DNA of 63,377 nt, counting the filler, from Intoshia linei (lineage: Eukaryota; Animalia; Orthonectida): NCBI GenBank assembly GCA_001642005.1. It is 9 parts of 9 records of this genome, joined end to end, with 100 filler letters (N's around TTAATTAATTAA, not from the genome) between each part and the next. Parts side by side here need not be neighbours in the genome. Positions count along the whole stretch, not along the records: positions 7,990 to 24,540 come from LWCA01000863.1; positions 24,641 to 46,364 come from LWCA01000633.1; 7 more parts are not named here. One strand, written 5' to 3'. Position numbers and translations under genes: made by a program. Shown in pieces: positions 11,901-24,861 of this stretch (the stretch's first letter is position 1; each line of letters begins with the position of its first letter). The notes below the pieces were generated by a model, which saw only the letters and a list, made by a program, of their open reading frames with translations, had not been told where the DNA came from and did not search any database.

Positions 11901-14900
11901 TATTTAATATAGTGAACACAAAACTACAGCGGGCTGATTCAAATCAGACCAGTGATTTTTTTTTAAAAATTTCAAAAATATTTTGAAAATTCCAAAAATA
12001 TCATACAAATGTACCAATGTCTTCACACTGATCAAACTTGACTAATAATTTATTAGTAATAAACATTTAAATTAATTACATTTATATTCGACAATTTTTA
12101 AGATTTTACTGTTTTCACTTTATTTTTAAGATAATAATTATACACTCATTCTCTTTAATAAATTAAAAAAATGGGATCACAAAATTGTTTTTAAAAATCT
12201 TTACGAAAATTTTAACAAAATAAAATTAAGTGGGAATAATTGGCTTTAAATTAAAAAGTAATGTGAAATGAAAGATTCATAGAAGACAAGTTTAGGAACC
12301 ACTCCTTAAAAGATTGATAATAGTGAATGTAGAATTTTATTATTGAATTTATTTTTTAATAGAATTAAAAAAGTCCGCTCTGCAGAGCTAGGATGCTGTT
12401 TGTACGAAGTACATAACAGTCAAGCTTTTAACTTATAAACGTAAGTTATTCATTTTAAATCAATAATTACTGTTTTTATTGCCATAATTCATGATTTTGT
12501 TCATTTCATCGGCGTTATTAACAACATACGAACTCAAATCTTTTACATAAACTCCAATATCTGGTCTCTCTTTAACCTAAAATTTATTAACTAAATGTGT
12601 GCAGTATAAATTATGATATTTACAAAAATGATTGGAAATACTACTAGGGTGGTCTACTAAATATTTATACATGCATATGACCCTAGTGCGTCTGTTATGT
12701 ACTTGCGACAAATATTTTTATAAACCAGGGGTTCTCAATCTTTTTTTAGAATCGTCCCCTAAGATCATAATTCACACATATTTTTTAAAATCGCCCTCTT
12801 CCATAATTCAAAATAAAAATCACATATTTTTAGATTGATAAAATTTACTATACAGTAGTGAGTGTTTTTATTATCTGTTAGTAAAAAGTTGTTACTGTTA
12901 CTCAATTTTTTAAAGAATCGACCCATAGAACTAATAATTATCTTAAAAAAAATGTGATACTTTTTTATGTTATTTTAACTATGAAATTTCAAGAAAGGAC
13001 TTTAACATTTAAATCAAATGACGAACCATAATTTTTTACCTTAAAAAATTTTATTAGATAATGTATTTTGGTAAATAAAATTGGCAAAATCTCCCAGCAA
13101 ATGGACGATTCGCCCACCGTTGAGAATCCTTATTATATACAAATTCATACGAGCTACAGTAGTAGTAGTAGATAAACCAGTAGATGAGCCATTCTCTAGC
13201 AAATAAAATATAAATATTTTAATTTGAGTGACCTACAGGAAATAATATCCAAAACTAGTGTTGGCTCTCGAGAATTCTTGTCTAAAGAAATTAAAATATT
13301 TAAAATTATATTTGAAAATTTTACGGTAATTCAATTCATTTGTATGCTTTAATTTATTAAGTTGGTAATCCGTATATCTAATAATTCTAATAATCTATAT
13401 CAATATTATCAGTCAATACACACATCGATATACAACAATACAACAATATCAATAATTATAATCATAATAATCTAATAAGTACGTCTACACATTTCCAATA
13501 AAGAAATATGCGTGAAAATCTATATAATTCATTCCTTCGTAATTTTTTTCATTGCTACGCGATTTTTAAATTTCAAATTCTGATTTTCAAAATATTTTGA
13601 ATAAAATTTAAATAGAAACTAAACAACGATTACTACAAGTAATACAACTTTGTTATTATCATTTTTATATTTATTACAATCCTGCAATATTGCTAAAATT
13701 CACCTGAAATATGTTTATAAAGTGCTGATTCCTTTAATTATTGATACATAATTGGTATTTTTAAGTATTTATTAAATTGGTACTGAACGTATATTATTAC
13801 ATTGAAAATGACAAAATAGTTTTATATAATTTATTTTTTTAAAATGTGCCCTCGGCAGAGCTAGGTGCTGTTTGTACGTAGTACATAACAGTCAACCTAG
13901 TCTTATATAATATTAAAATATATTATAAAATAACCGCTATGTTCTACGAAAATTTGTAGGACTATTTTAAGTGAGAAAACGAAAAGGCAAAATGATGAAT
14001 TATAAAAATTTTTCTACACCTGGTTTACATCGTCACTTAACACGCGTACATTTTATGATCAAATCATTGGGTGAACCTGTAAATAAAAAAACATACAAAA
14101 AAATCCCAATATAACAGTGTATTTAAGAAAATGATGATAACCACGAAAGGGTTGAAGCATAATTGATTGCGTACGATGGACTAATTATAAACAAAATTAC
14201 CCGATAAAATTTTATTCGAAAAAATTTAAGACCAATAAGCTTGTTTACGTTTTAATTTCTATGTCTCAAAACTGTATCATTAATCTTGTAAATAGTTACT
14301 TTGAAAAAATTAAAAGACAAATAATTGAAAAGATTTCTACGATAAATGTAATGGTGAAAAATATCATTTGATGATGGAGCAGTTTTAAAAATAAAAAATA
14401 TTTGAATGTACGTATTTATAGTCTCAAAAATGACTTTAATCTTTCTTATATCTTCCTAAGACTTTAAATTCCTGTACATTATACAGTATATGAAAGTTGT
14501 GATGATACAAATGTTAAATAAATCGCATTTTTCTCCTACTTTGGATGTTTTATTTAAGATTTTAAAGTCAACAACCAATTAATACCAGATTGTAATCCGT
14601 CATTATTTCAAAAATATTGACAATTTTGGAACTGTTAGTACTTTTAATTTTTCCATAATTATAAATTTTCATTGTATCACCAACAGTATGAGTTAATTTT
14701 TTTCTCGAGAATTTTCAAGACATTGCAAGCACTATATTTAATAAATTATTATGGAATGGACGATTTAAAAAAATATGTGTGAATTTTTGGTTTAGGGAGG
14801 GTTATTCTAAAAAAGGTTGAGAACCACCGATATTTATCTACTAGCATATATAGTATAATGTAAATAATAATAACCTCTAGTGTTATATTTTCATCTTTTG

Positions 14901-15975
14901 ATAGCAAATCTCGAACTTCTTCATTGTATATTTCTAAATAAGAAACTCTCACAAGAAATCTAAATTCATGTCATTAAGTAATATTTTATTGAGAAAATTC
15001 TTCTTAAAAAAAAAATATAAAAATATACCTTTTTTCATCTTGATCACTTGCTATCGATCCAAATATGTGTGCAAAGGAGTTTGGAATTATTCCGCACAAT
15101 TCTTAATGGAATACAATATATCAAGACATCATTAATGTATTAAAAGCAGTTTTTATGAAAATATTTATTTCGCGACACCTCAAATTTTATAACTTCAAAG
15201 AAAAGAAATTTATTAAAATGTTCCATAATAAAAAAGCACTAATTAGTTAAAAATTTTTAATTTCATGTATATTATTCATATCGTTTAAATATACAATAAA
15301 ATATTATTTAAAGGCACACCGCTTGAATGACAAGGTATTAAAAACTAATAGTTTACCAGGAACATCTCTGCAACCCTCCATAGTATACGTTTTACCGGTT
15401 CCGGTTTGCCCATAAGCAAATACTGTACCTAATTTTAATTTTATGTTTTTATTGATGTGTGTCCGATATACACTGTGTTATAATAGGATACAATCTTCTG
15501 ATTATAATTATGAAACATGTATAATATACATTGTATATTTACCATTATAACCAGATAAAACACAATCAACTACTGGCCTGGCAATTTTATTGTACACATC
15601 AGCCTGCTTGCTATTTACTCCAAAAACAATATCAAATTTATAAATTTTCGGAGGTTCATTATTAGATGGTTTTACTTCGACTGTACCTCTATCTTCATCA
15701 ATCTATAAAAAATGTATAAAAATAAATAAATATTAATAAGGTTCATTGAGTTGAATCACGATATAGATACAAGATTGATGTTAACTATCTGTCAAGTATA
15801 TTGTATTTTTTTTATTTGGAAAGTACATAATATACAATTATTTCATGTATATAATTAAACTATAAAAAATTACGGTAACGACATTTTTATATTTTTTTTC
15901 AATTTCTTTAACTTCCAAAGGTCGACATCTGACAGCAACACGAACATTTTCACATTCTACTAAATCTTTTACCAT
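8993..15975 (-). CDS. KIF3A: Kinesin-2 motor subunit KIF3A (multi-exon)
   Basis: The ATG at 15975 opens [19 protein letters not shown]. Spliced motifs include [86 protein letters not shown], a coiled coil and the tail [19 protein letters not shown]. The last exon and stop are approximate. Confidence 0.92.
12372..12427 (+). mobile_element. Helitron-like 3' terminus (hairpin copy)
   Basis: GCTGTTTGTAC-GAA-GTACATAACAG hairpin. Family copies at ~4000 (-), 13846-13901 (+), 20479 (-), 40424 (-), 40860 (+) and 61519 (-) mostly end in CTAG|T. Confidence 0.6.
12726..13132. mobile_element. hAT MITE in a KIF3A intron
   Basis: TIRs CAGGGGTTCTCAA / TTGAGAATCCTTA with TSD TTATAAAC / TTATATAC (7/8). A related end lies at 14760-14830. 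Confidence 0.7.
13490..13900 (+). mobile_element. Helitron-like non-autonomous element, 3' part
   Basis: Ends in the hairpin CTGTTTGTAC-GTA-GTACATAACAG followed by TCAACCTAG|T. Internal sequence is shared with 29055-29300, 40735-40800 and the reverse complement at 61820-61910. Confidence 0.65.
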
Positions 15976-16449
15976 TTATTAATTTATACACAACAAAATG
16001 TTTATTATACACAACATAGATACAGGTTTAAATTTTCAATAAATTATATATATAAAAAATTACTATAGAGTAAATTCAAAATAGTTATTATTGAATTAAT
16101 TATTTATTATTATTTTTTAATACATTAGATATATATAATCAAATAATATGTAAAATCCTAAATTATACATCGTAAAGATGCCCCTAATTGTGTTGCCGTA
16201 TACGCTTAGTTTTACTGAAAAAAACTTCATAACCCATCCTGAATCGGGATTTCGTTTTATTTTTTCAGTTCGTGTTTTTAATTTAGTTTCAGTTATCAAT
16301 CATATTCACTTATAAAACTAGATTGAAGCATGGACATTTTCGCCGATCATGATATGTCAAAAATTTGAATACAAACGTAAGTTTAAAAAATAAATATATA
16401 TTCAACATGAACAACACATTAACTTTTTCATAGTTACAGTTTAATAATT

Positions 16450-19400
16450 ATGGAAAAATTTGTAAATTTAACCAGTCTTGATAAGAAAGTATATACATCT
16501 CTTTCATCAATTGAAGGATCGTGCATGCATAATGGTGCAACGTAAATGAAAATTATACAAATATTAAGTTATTTAGATTTAAAGGTTGTCAAAAAAGTAA
16601 AGGAAAATCATATGATGTTAAAGTTACATTTCAAGTAAATTTCTATTACAACTAAAGAGAATATTTAATTTAAAATAATAAATAGCAAGTTGAACTGGAA
16701 CAATCCTATTTGTGCGGTTACCTTACTATTAATGGTTTGATACAAGACCATCCTCAATTAACTACCTATTTCGATGCAGAAATTATTGGTCCCAGATTTT
16801 CATTTTTAACACGAAAATGGGATTCGTCTGAAGAAAATGATCGGAAACATTGGGTAAATGAATTCATTTATTTTTCATTTTATTATAGTCTAAATTTGCC
16901 GCCTTCAACTTTTCTAGAAATTTTAACAATGATGATTTCAATTATATGGACCATCATGATCCAAATAATATATTTATGCGATGGAAAGTATTTTCATTTA
17001 TGTATACTTTATATGTCATATTAGGAACATTTTTTGGTTCCAGACATTAATGTTAGTGAAGTTCAAGGAGCTTCATATGCTGGGTAATTTTTTTTATTTT
17101 AACGTTATTTATTGTGTTTCTGAGTGTGTTCGATTTTAATATAATATATTATATTATTATTTAGGATATTAAGCTAGATTTCAGGAATGGCGAGTTCATA
17201 GTGATATTTAAAAAATTGGAATAGTATACACTGTATGGCAGTGATGAGCAAAGTATCCCACTCAGTGGGACTAGACCAGTGTTTCTCAAACTTTCTTGAG
17301 CTGCGACACACTCTTTACATTAGAAAAATACACGACACATCATCAAGCAAATATTTCATAAAAAATTATTAAATGATGTATAATAATCAACAATGACGTT
17401 GCCACCCTTTAAGATTAAAGTAAAAACAGAAGGTTTTCAACAATAATAGCAAGTGCTGGCGCGATGACTACTTCAGCTTCTGTGTGTGCTCTTTTGCGTT
17501 TCGCAATTAACTGAGCAACCTTGTAACTTGCAATTACAGCTTTCTCAGGTACCTTTAAAAAGTTTGTCATCTTTTTCGATTGTTGTTTAATTTCGGTTAC
17601 TAAGTTCTCAAAATATTCCCTCGGTTTGGCTATAACATTTGGGTGGTTTTTCTTCAAATGTCTGTTCAGTTTATTTGGAACTAGAGACTCATTTGATAAC
17701 GTTGTCTTACAAATCAAGCAATACGGAAGTGGGACATCTTCAGATCCAGATGCAATAAATCCATACTTTATATAATCTTCATTAAATTTTCGCTTACTTT
17801 CTTTCTTTTGACTTAGCGAATTTCTTTTTCCGCCATTCTTCATTAAAAACTTATCCATGGTAAAAGTAAAAGTTCAACTGTTAAAGTTTATAATAAACTT
17901 TAAATTGAAACAAATTTTAAGTTAAATGTAATATATTTAATATATTTTAAAGTAAAACAAATATAATTAACTAAAAAATCAAATGTTTTAAATATTTTTT
18001 TAATTATTTCCCAAAAATCTCGCGACACACACTTTGAGAAACACTGGACTAGACACTTCAAACTAATTTTGTCCTACCGAGAACTTTCATTTATTGTTTC
18101 AAATGTATTTTTACAAGTTGTGGAAAGTATTTAAATCAAATTTAAAACCACCACAACTGTAAAGTTGAGATTTTTATCGCTCATAAAGTTATTTTGTAAT
18201 CATTTTCAAATTTTCAAAACAGTTTTTTCATTTTCAAAATTTAAATTCATGGGGAAAAGAACATTTTTCAACTACGAATGGACAAAAAAATACGGGGTGG
18301 TTAGTCAAAACGACAAGGTTTTATGCATAATAGATGATTGTATGCAAACTCTCGTACGAGACTTGTACGTCATTAAAAGACACTTTCAAAATATACACCA
18401 CATTACAGAATCTGATGAGGTGATTGATCGACAAGTCAAAATTTATTTTGATGAACTCAACTCTACCATTAATTTACAAGTAGAAGTAGAAAAAAGTTGG
18501 AAACATATCACTGAAACGTCTCTGCACCTTTTTCTTCACATTGCCTAACACCTTAGGCCGTTTTCGGGCGGAATTTATTTAAAACAGTCTATATCAAAAT
18601 CGAAGCAAAAATTTACGACAGAGAAGAGTACAAAAGTCCGCAAAACGTGGTGTTAACGTGTTGGAAAAGTATGCCAGACAATTTCAAAGGCTTAAAAAAA
18701 GTGGTTTTGTCACTTTTGACGTTTTTTTGGTCGATGTACAACTGCGAGCAGACCTTTTCTATAATGGCTTTAAACAATACAAAAGTCAGAAACCGGTTGA
18801 GCGTCGAGTCGAGCCAAGCCTAAATATGCCTAAAAACCTCGAACTACCGGCCAGATATTGAAAAACTAACTTTTAAACTAACTAGATTTTAAGCAACACC
18901 ACATATCTCATTAATGTAAATTTTAAAATTATCTTAAAAAAATTTTAACTTTTCAAAGACACCCAATAAACTTGGTTTAATAAACAGTAACAGCGACATT
19001 ATTTTTTTAAAGTTTGTTCATCACTGCTGTATGGTTAACATTTGGCTGGCAATAAAATTTTTTTCTTAGTTCGGTTTTAAACATAAGATAATCACACCGA
19101 AAAAATGATTTATAAATTTCATATATAATTATGGAATGTCAATGTAAATAAATTGGTGATTGATATTTTTTTATTCGAAACCAATGGATAAAATCAATGA
19201 CAAATGACAATGGACCAACTGAAACAAAAGCAAAATTCACAAATAAATTTATTATATTTTGGTTTTTTAATGTAGCATAGAATGTGTAAAATTTTAATTT
19301 TAGTTTTAGAAATTTTTTTAAACCAAACTTTTTAAAGGTTTTTAGGATTTTTGTTTGAACTAAATTTGATCGGGGTTGATTAGGAACTTTTTTTATAAAC

Positions 19401-21106
19401 CAAACTTAAAGAAAACTTTAGTTTGGTTCAAAAAAATCTTAAAAACCCCTCTTGAAAGTGGTTCAAAATAATTTTTAAAAACCTCGTTGAAAGTTCAAAA
19501 AAAATTCCAAAAAACCCTTAAAAAGTTTGGTTTAAAAAATTTTTTTAGAAAACTCCTTAAAAGTTTGTTTCAAAAAAAATCTTAGTAAATCTAAGTCCAC
19601 CTTGGAAGTATGGTTTAAAAAAAAATTTCCTAAAAAACCCCTTCAAATTTGGTTTAAAAAAATTTCCAAAAAAACCACTATAAAATTTGGTTCAAAAAAA
19701 ATTCTAAAGACTTGCCCAATGGGCACATTTCTAAGAATGTGTACATTTCATAGTTTTACACATTCTATGACATACACTTGGGAATATGTGGGCTTGGATT
19801 AATTTTTATTAATTCAAGTTAATAATTCATTAATTCTGGAAAATTGATAGTTTGGAGAATTCTGTATTTTACAAAGTACATTAATAATATTATACTGTTT
19901 CTATGGATACATTTAATCTATTTTCCCAAATTACGTGGAAAAAAACTACTGTATTTCATGTTTTTGAAAGTAGGTTCATAGAGTATTTGAATCGGATGCT
20001 GCTGATATAAAATATAATAAATAAATTTTTTTATTTAAATTGATTAAAAACCAGGTTTTTATTGTTTGCACCCTGCTTTACATCATTAATTTAATTGTTT
20101 TACTTAAATTTGAAATATTATGTTTTAAATCATAATGTTATAGTTTAGTGAGAAGTTTAACAACAGGTAAAAATGGATACGTGAATGAATTTTGAATATC
20201 ACTGATAGAATGCATTTTGCCATCTAATTAGATAATTTTAATAAAATTTTTCATTTTATTAGCAAAAATTCTGGAATCAAATAAGTATAGCCATTCTAAA
20301 AATTTAAAACCCACTCTGAACGTGTAGTGGTTTATTTTTGGGGTCATTTTAAATTATTTCAATTATGTAATATTTTCTTATCAGTGTCGTGTCAAGATGT
20401 AACTGGTCCATTGCAACCTAATTAAATCTTTCATATAATATCCAAATAAATTAAGTGTATACTTCTCTTTTATATTAAACTAGATTGACTGTTATGTACT
20501 TCGTTCAAACGTTACCTATCTTTGTCGAGGGCGGATTTTTTTAAAGTTACCAAAAAATAAAATCTTACTTAAAAATGCTGTTATTCAATATTTTCAAAGA
20601 GTGGTCGCCAAACTTTTTTCACTATTTAAAGTGAATTATTGGCGAACAATTAATTTAATCATCATAATCATCGATTTTGTTAATTAATCATAATATTTAT
20701 TTTTTGAAAATATTTTTGGGAGCCATGACCAAAATTTTGATAATTAGTCCATTTCATCATGGGCGCGTACAAATTTTTTACACGACACTGTATTCTTGAT
20801 TATTTGGCTAAGCTTAAATTGATTGATTTTTTTTCGATAAGGTGACTATTAAGATTGAAAATCAGGCAACGATTGATAAAATTTGCTCATATATACAATG
20901 ATTTATAAATATTTTTAATTTTAATTTTTAGCTACTATTACATACATGTTGATGTTGTTAGTGGTGATATTGAAGGGTTTTATTACCATCATTCATCAGA
21001 AACGTAATTATAAATTAAATTTAATTTAATTTCAATTGATAGATTTCAGTCCCTTCATTTAAAGTACACGCCGAATTATGCACCAGAATGTTATCAACTA
21101 CGTTAA
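16450..21106 (+). CDS. GID4: GID complex subunit 4 (Vid24 family; Pro/N-degron receptor)
   Basis: Seven exons give FKGCQKSKGKSYDVKVTFQ, SYLCGYLTINGL..HPQLTTYFDAEII..FLTRKWD..DRKHW, IFMRWKEHFLVPD..GASYAG, YYYI..IEGFYYHHSSE and FQSLHL..YQLR-TAA. A long intron spans 17084-20931. Confidence 0.92.
17239..19026 (+). mobile_element. Internally deleted hAT (SPIN/GTF2IRD2-like) element, outer member of a nest
   Basis: TIRs CAGTGATGAGCAAA / TTTGTTCATCACTG with a perfect TSD CTGTATGG. It encodes a BED-like N-terminus (FNYEWTKKYG..VLCII..IKRHF..H) and a hAT dimerisation remnant (SMYNCEQTFSIM..KVRNRL). Confidence 0.9.
17277..18046 (-). mobile_element. Internally deleted hAT/Buster element, inner member of a nest
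   Basis: Perfect TIRs CAGTGTTTCTCAAA with a perfect TSD GACTAGAC. ORF 17415-17858 is a Buster/ZBED5-type N-terminus (RKFNEDYIKYGF..PYCLIC..LSNESLVPNKLNRHL..H). Confidence 0.92.
19300..19710. repeat. Degenerate tandem repeat (AAAGTTTGGTTCAAAAAAA..AAAACCC units), partly inverted
   Basis: About eight diverged units of ~35-40 bp. ORF 19602-19802 is a by-product of this array. Confidence 0.6.
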
Positions 21107-21156
21107 TTAAATGTTACTTATTTAATAATATAAACAAAATTATGTATTTATGATCT

Positions 21157-23910
21157 TTAATTATTTTGAACTGAACCAAGGTCCATTATAGAAGAAATTA
21201 TTTTGTTGTGCTGTAATATCATGTCCGATCCTAAATTTTATTTTTATAGTTAAATTTCTTTAAATACCTATAACGATATCAAAATTATTGCTATTATTAT
21301 TAATAATTTCATAAATTGATCTAATTTCTGAAAATGTGACTCCTCCAATTATAAATATGATTAATCTCAATCCACTCTTCTGGGATTGTTCTTTGTTGTG
21401 CCATTGACCATATCGAACACTATTTTTTTATATTTTAAAAATTTCTGTGAAACATTTTTTATTCATTACCTTATTGCCTGTTGTCCTGAACTGAAATTAC
21501 GACTAATATTTCGTAAAATTGGAAATTTACGTTTGTCTAATTTTTCATTTACTGCTTGCTAAATATTTTGTGGTAGATTTGGTACAATTTACATTATTTT
21601 AAAATAATACTGATACTGCCACTTTAATATACATTACTGTACAATGTATATTATTAATATAAAGGGGTTGCGTGAATTTATAAAATTCTGTTATTACATA
21701 AAAATATTTATTTAGGCCTACTAGACCCTTTTAAAATTTAGAAATAATCATATTTTCGTAGGTTATTGTTGGGATTTATAGAAATAAAAATTTTTTTTTA
21801 TCATTACTTAAATTATTTTTTTTTCATTTTTTCAGAGACAAATAATTTTTTAAATCTGTAGTTTAACCTCTTATCTAAACAGTAACAATGTCATATAAAG
21901 TACCTCTACTATGTCCTTAACATTAGGAACCCACCTGCACATGTCATTTTCTACATACGATTTTGCTTTTCTAACACCAAATGTCATTGGTGGTTTTTTT
22001 GTTGTATAGTTCTAGTTTTTCCAAATGAAAAATTAATAAATTTTAAATTTACTGGGTAAAATTGTGATAAAATTGACACTCTTTCTTTATCAACATCCTA
22101 ATTTTTAAAAATTAAAAAAATTATTTACGACACATACAATATTGGTTTGTCGTGTTAGACGGGAATTTTCTAAAGAAATAGAAATTGTTTTTAATAAAAC
22201 ATTTTTATGTTCTAAAACTTTCTGAATTGATTATTGCTCAAGTTGGTGTGTTTATCTTGGTAATTTCTGAGCAAATGATAATAATTTTGAACATCAAAGG
22301 CTTACAATAAAAAATTGTCCTAAATTATGGCTCATAATCATACAATTCCCGTCTAATTGTAAATTTCATGAGTAATACGTAATAGAATTCTGCAACACGA
22401 TCCGAACTAAAATTTTCTGAACCTTAACTTTAAAAATTGCTCAACACATTCCGACCACCAAGTTATAATGTATAAATAATAATCATTAAATAACAGCCTA
22501 ATCAAACTATTGCAAAACTCTAATACATGTACTCAAATTTGCAATTAAAATACATGTAAATGAAAATGAAATTTACCTTATTTTTATCGCGTTTTATAAT
22601 TGGTACACCTAATAATTCGAAATCTAGAATAATTTTTTCCTCTTTTTCAGATAGATTAATATGTTCACAAATACGATCCAAAACTTCTTTAGTTATAGCT
22701 AAAAATGGTTTTAAAAAAAATATTGAGTTTGACAAAAGATTACTTTCTTTCGACAAGATTGTAAGCAAAATTAGTTTAATTTTATCAAAATTTTCTAAAG
22801 TTTGATCAGACAACATTTCTCGAACATAACGGAGAGGATCATTAATTTTGGATTCATTTACATCGTACCCTGTAGCCAAATTCTAAAAATATTTATTAAT
22901 GAAAGACGCACCAATAAATATAACTACATTTATTATTTAACCTGTTGATAAAGTATATAATTTTTAAGGGAATGCATTTTATCTAGAGAAATCTCTGCAA
23001 TCTTTAAATGCGCAGAATATTTATTCATTTCTTTTTGGTATTGGGGCATATTTTTGATCATTTGAGATACGTCATTTACTGACGTGTTTTTTTTGCTTTT
23101 TAATTTTTTATCATCAGAAAATTGTTTCAAAAGTTTGTTTATCTCTCTAATATAAAATTGAAATTAAATTTATAAAACATACTTTGCATAAAAATAAATT
23201 GGTTTATGACGATAATCAACCCATAAATTATCACTTTCGTTTAAAAGAAACTCCTTTTTTTGCGGTACGTTATTGTTGCGAACTTCGTAACTAAACTTTC
23301 ATTAATTTAAATTATTTTTTCGTTGGCATTACGTAAAAAGAGAATCTTTTATTGGTAAAAATTCATTTACAAATGCTTGTAACGAAATTTCATGCATCAG
23401 TGGAGTTATTAAATCAAAACCTCTGTCCAAAATTAAAAATTGAGATTTATCCTTATTTGGCAGCTAGATTAATTTACAAATATATTTTTTTAATTTTTTT
23501 TTTAAACACCAAGGCGTACTGAAAGGCCGACTTTTCAATTTGAGACCGATTATTTAATTGATGTTAAAGCTCATGATTTTGAAAGGTTATGTTTTGAAGT
23601 GGGTCAGGGATTGTTTGACAGTGAAAGTTGGGCCTAGCATAAAAAAGGTTGGGAAACACTGATTTAAATCGAATAAATTTAATTCCTTATTTACGTAATG
23701 ACTGTTGAGGTTTTGTATTTTTATAATGGTTACTGCATTAAGACAACATTTATCCACTATTGTTATCATTTATGTAAGTTTTAAATTACTGGGATCATTT
23801 TTTCATGTTATTGAAATATATTACCGTTCCCATTGTATGATCATCTGCTCTATAAGCATCCAATTTTTGTTGCAAAATGTGTGCAAATTCCATATTTCTG
23901 GTATATTCAC
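21157..23910 (-). CDS. STXBP1: Sec1/Munc18 protein (UNC-18/Rop/STXBP1 type), 3' exons only
   Basis: Spliced motifs [101 protein letters not shown] and IVIGS, ending at TAA 21157-21159. The 5' half lies beyond the contig end. Confidence 0.9.
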
Positions 23911-24640
23911 TAAATTTAATTATAAATATAAAATTAGCCTGTATTATCATTTTTTAAATATAATTAACTTGGTCGTTATTTATTTATTACAAACAGCAGC
24001 TAGCTTTGCCCAGATAAGACTTTTTGATTTTAAAACTTGTTTTGTAATTAAAGATGGACAATGAGTTTATACCCTTACTTAAAAGTTTATATATAGTACA
24101 TTAGGGTGTCCACTTTTTAAACTTTCCGTTGAATTAACAAAAGTATATTTTACTGAGCGTTCGAAATGTAATTTAGAACACAGTTACCGATTAAATTTTA
24201 TCTAGTTTTGTAATTTCCTTCGCCTATTTTTTTTTTTAACATTTTTTTAAAAACATGACAGAAGAACTTTATTATTGTTCATGTTTTTATACCTATATAC
24301 ATTTAAATGATATTTAAATAAGGTAAAATGACTATTAAATACGTATTTTTGACATGAAAATGGTATCATTGTTAATGTGAAAAATATAGTAAATATTTTA
24401 AGATATAAAAAATAAATTTATGTATTTAAATGTAAAACATGCTACTACAATTTGTATTTAGATAGTATAAATAATGACCTCTAGATAGAAAAGAGATATA
24501 ATACTTTTTTACCCTGGTAGACCCATATTCATCTTTAACGNNNNNNNNNNNNNNNNNNNNNNNNNNNNNNNNNNNNNNNNNNNNTTAATTAATTAANNNN
24601 NNNNNNNNNNNNNNNNNNNNNNNNNNNNNNNNNNNNNNNN

Positions 24641-24702
24641 TAAGTTTATTGGACAGGCATGGAGAACCCTTGACCGTGAAAAAAAAGCAGCATATGAATC
24701 AT
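24641..24702 (+). CDS. HMG-box exon fragment
   Basis: KFIGQAWRTLDREKKAAYE followed by a GT donor. This matches HMG-box helix 2-3 (K.lGe.W+.L..eeK..Y). Only a short fragment at the contig edge. Confidence 0.55.
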
Positions 24703-24747
24703 GTAAAGTACAATATCCAAGATTAATTTATAATCCATTGTATAAAA

Positions 24748-24820
24748 CAGTGGTTTTCAACCTTTCTGAGTTTGCGACCCCCCTCCCTAGCGATCGCGAC
24801 CACCCGGTTGAAAACAACTA
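24748..24820. mobile_element. 73-bp hAT MITE
   Basis: TIRs CAGTGGTTTTCAACC / GGTTGAAAACAACTA with a perfect 8-bp TSD GTATAAAA. Confidence 0.85.
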
Positions 24821-24861
24821 GTATAAAATGAAAGATTTAATAAAAATATTTACTTTATCAT

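Noticed and set aside
16190-16206. RFX X-box upstream of KIF3A
   Set aside because: Only the GTTGCC half-site matches. The second half (RGYAAC) is absent.
23587-24064. ORFs 23587-23769, 23705-24064 and 22560-22805 as genes
   Set aside because: They are intronic, MITE-derived or antisense shadows of Munc18 exons, with no recognisable motifs.
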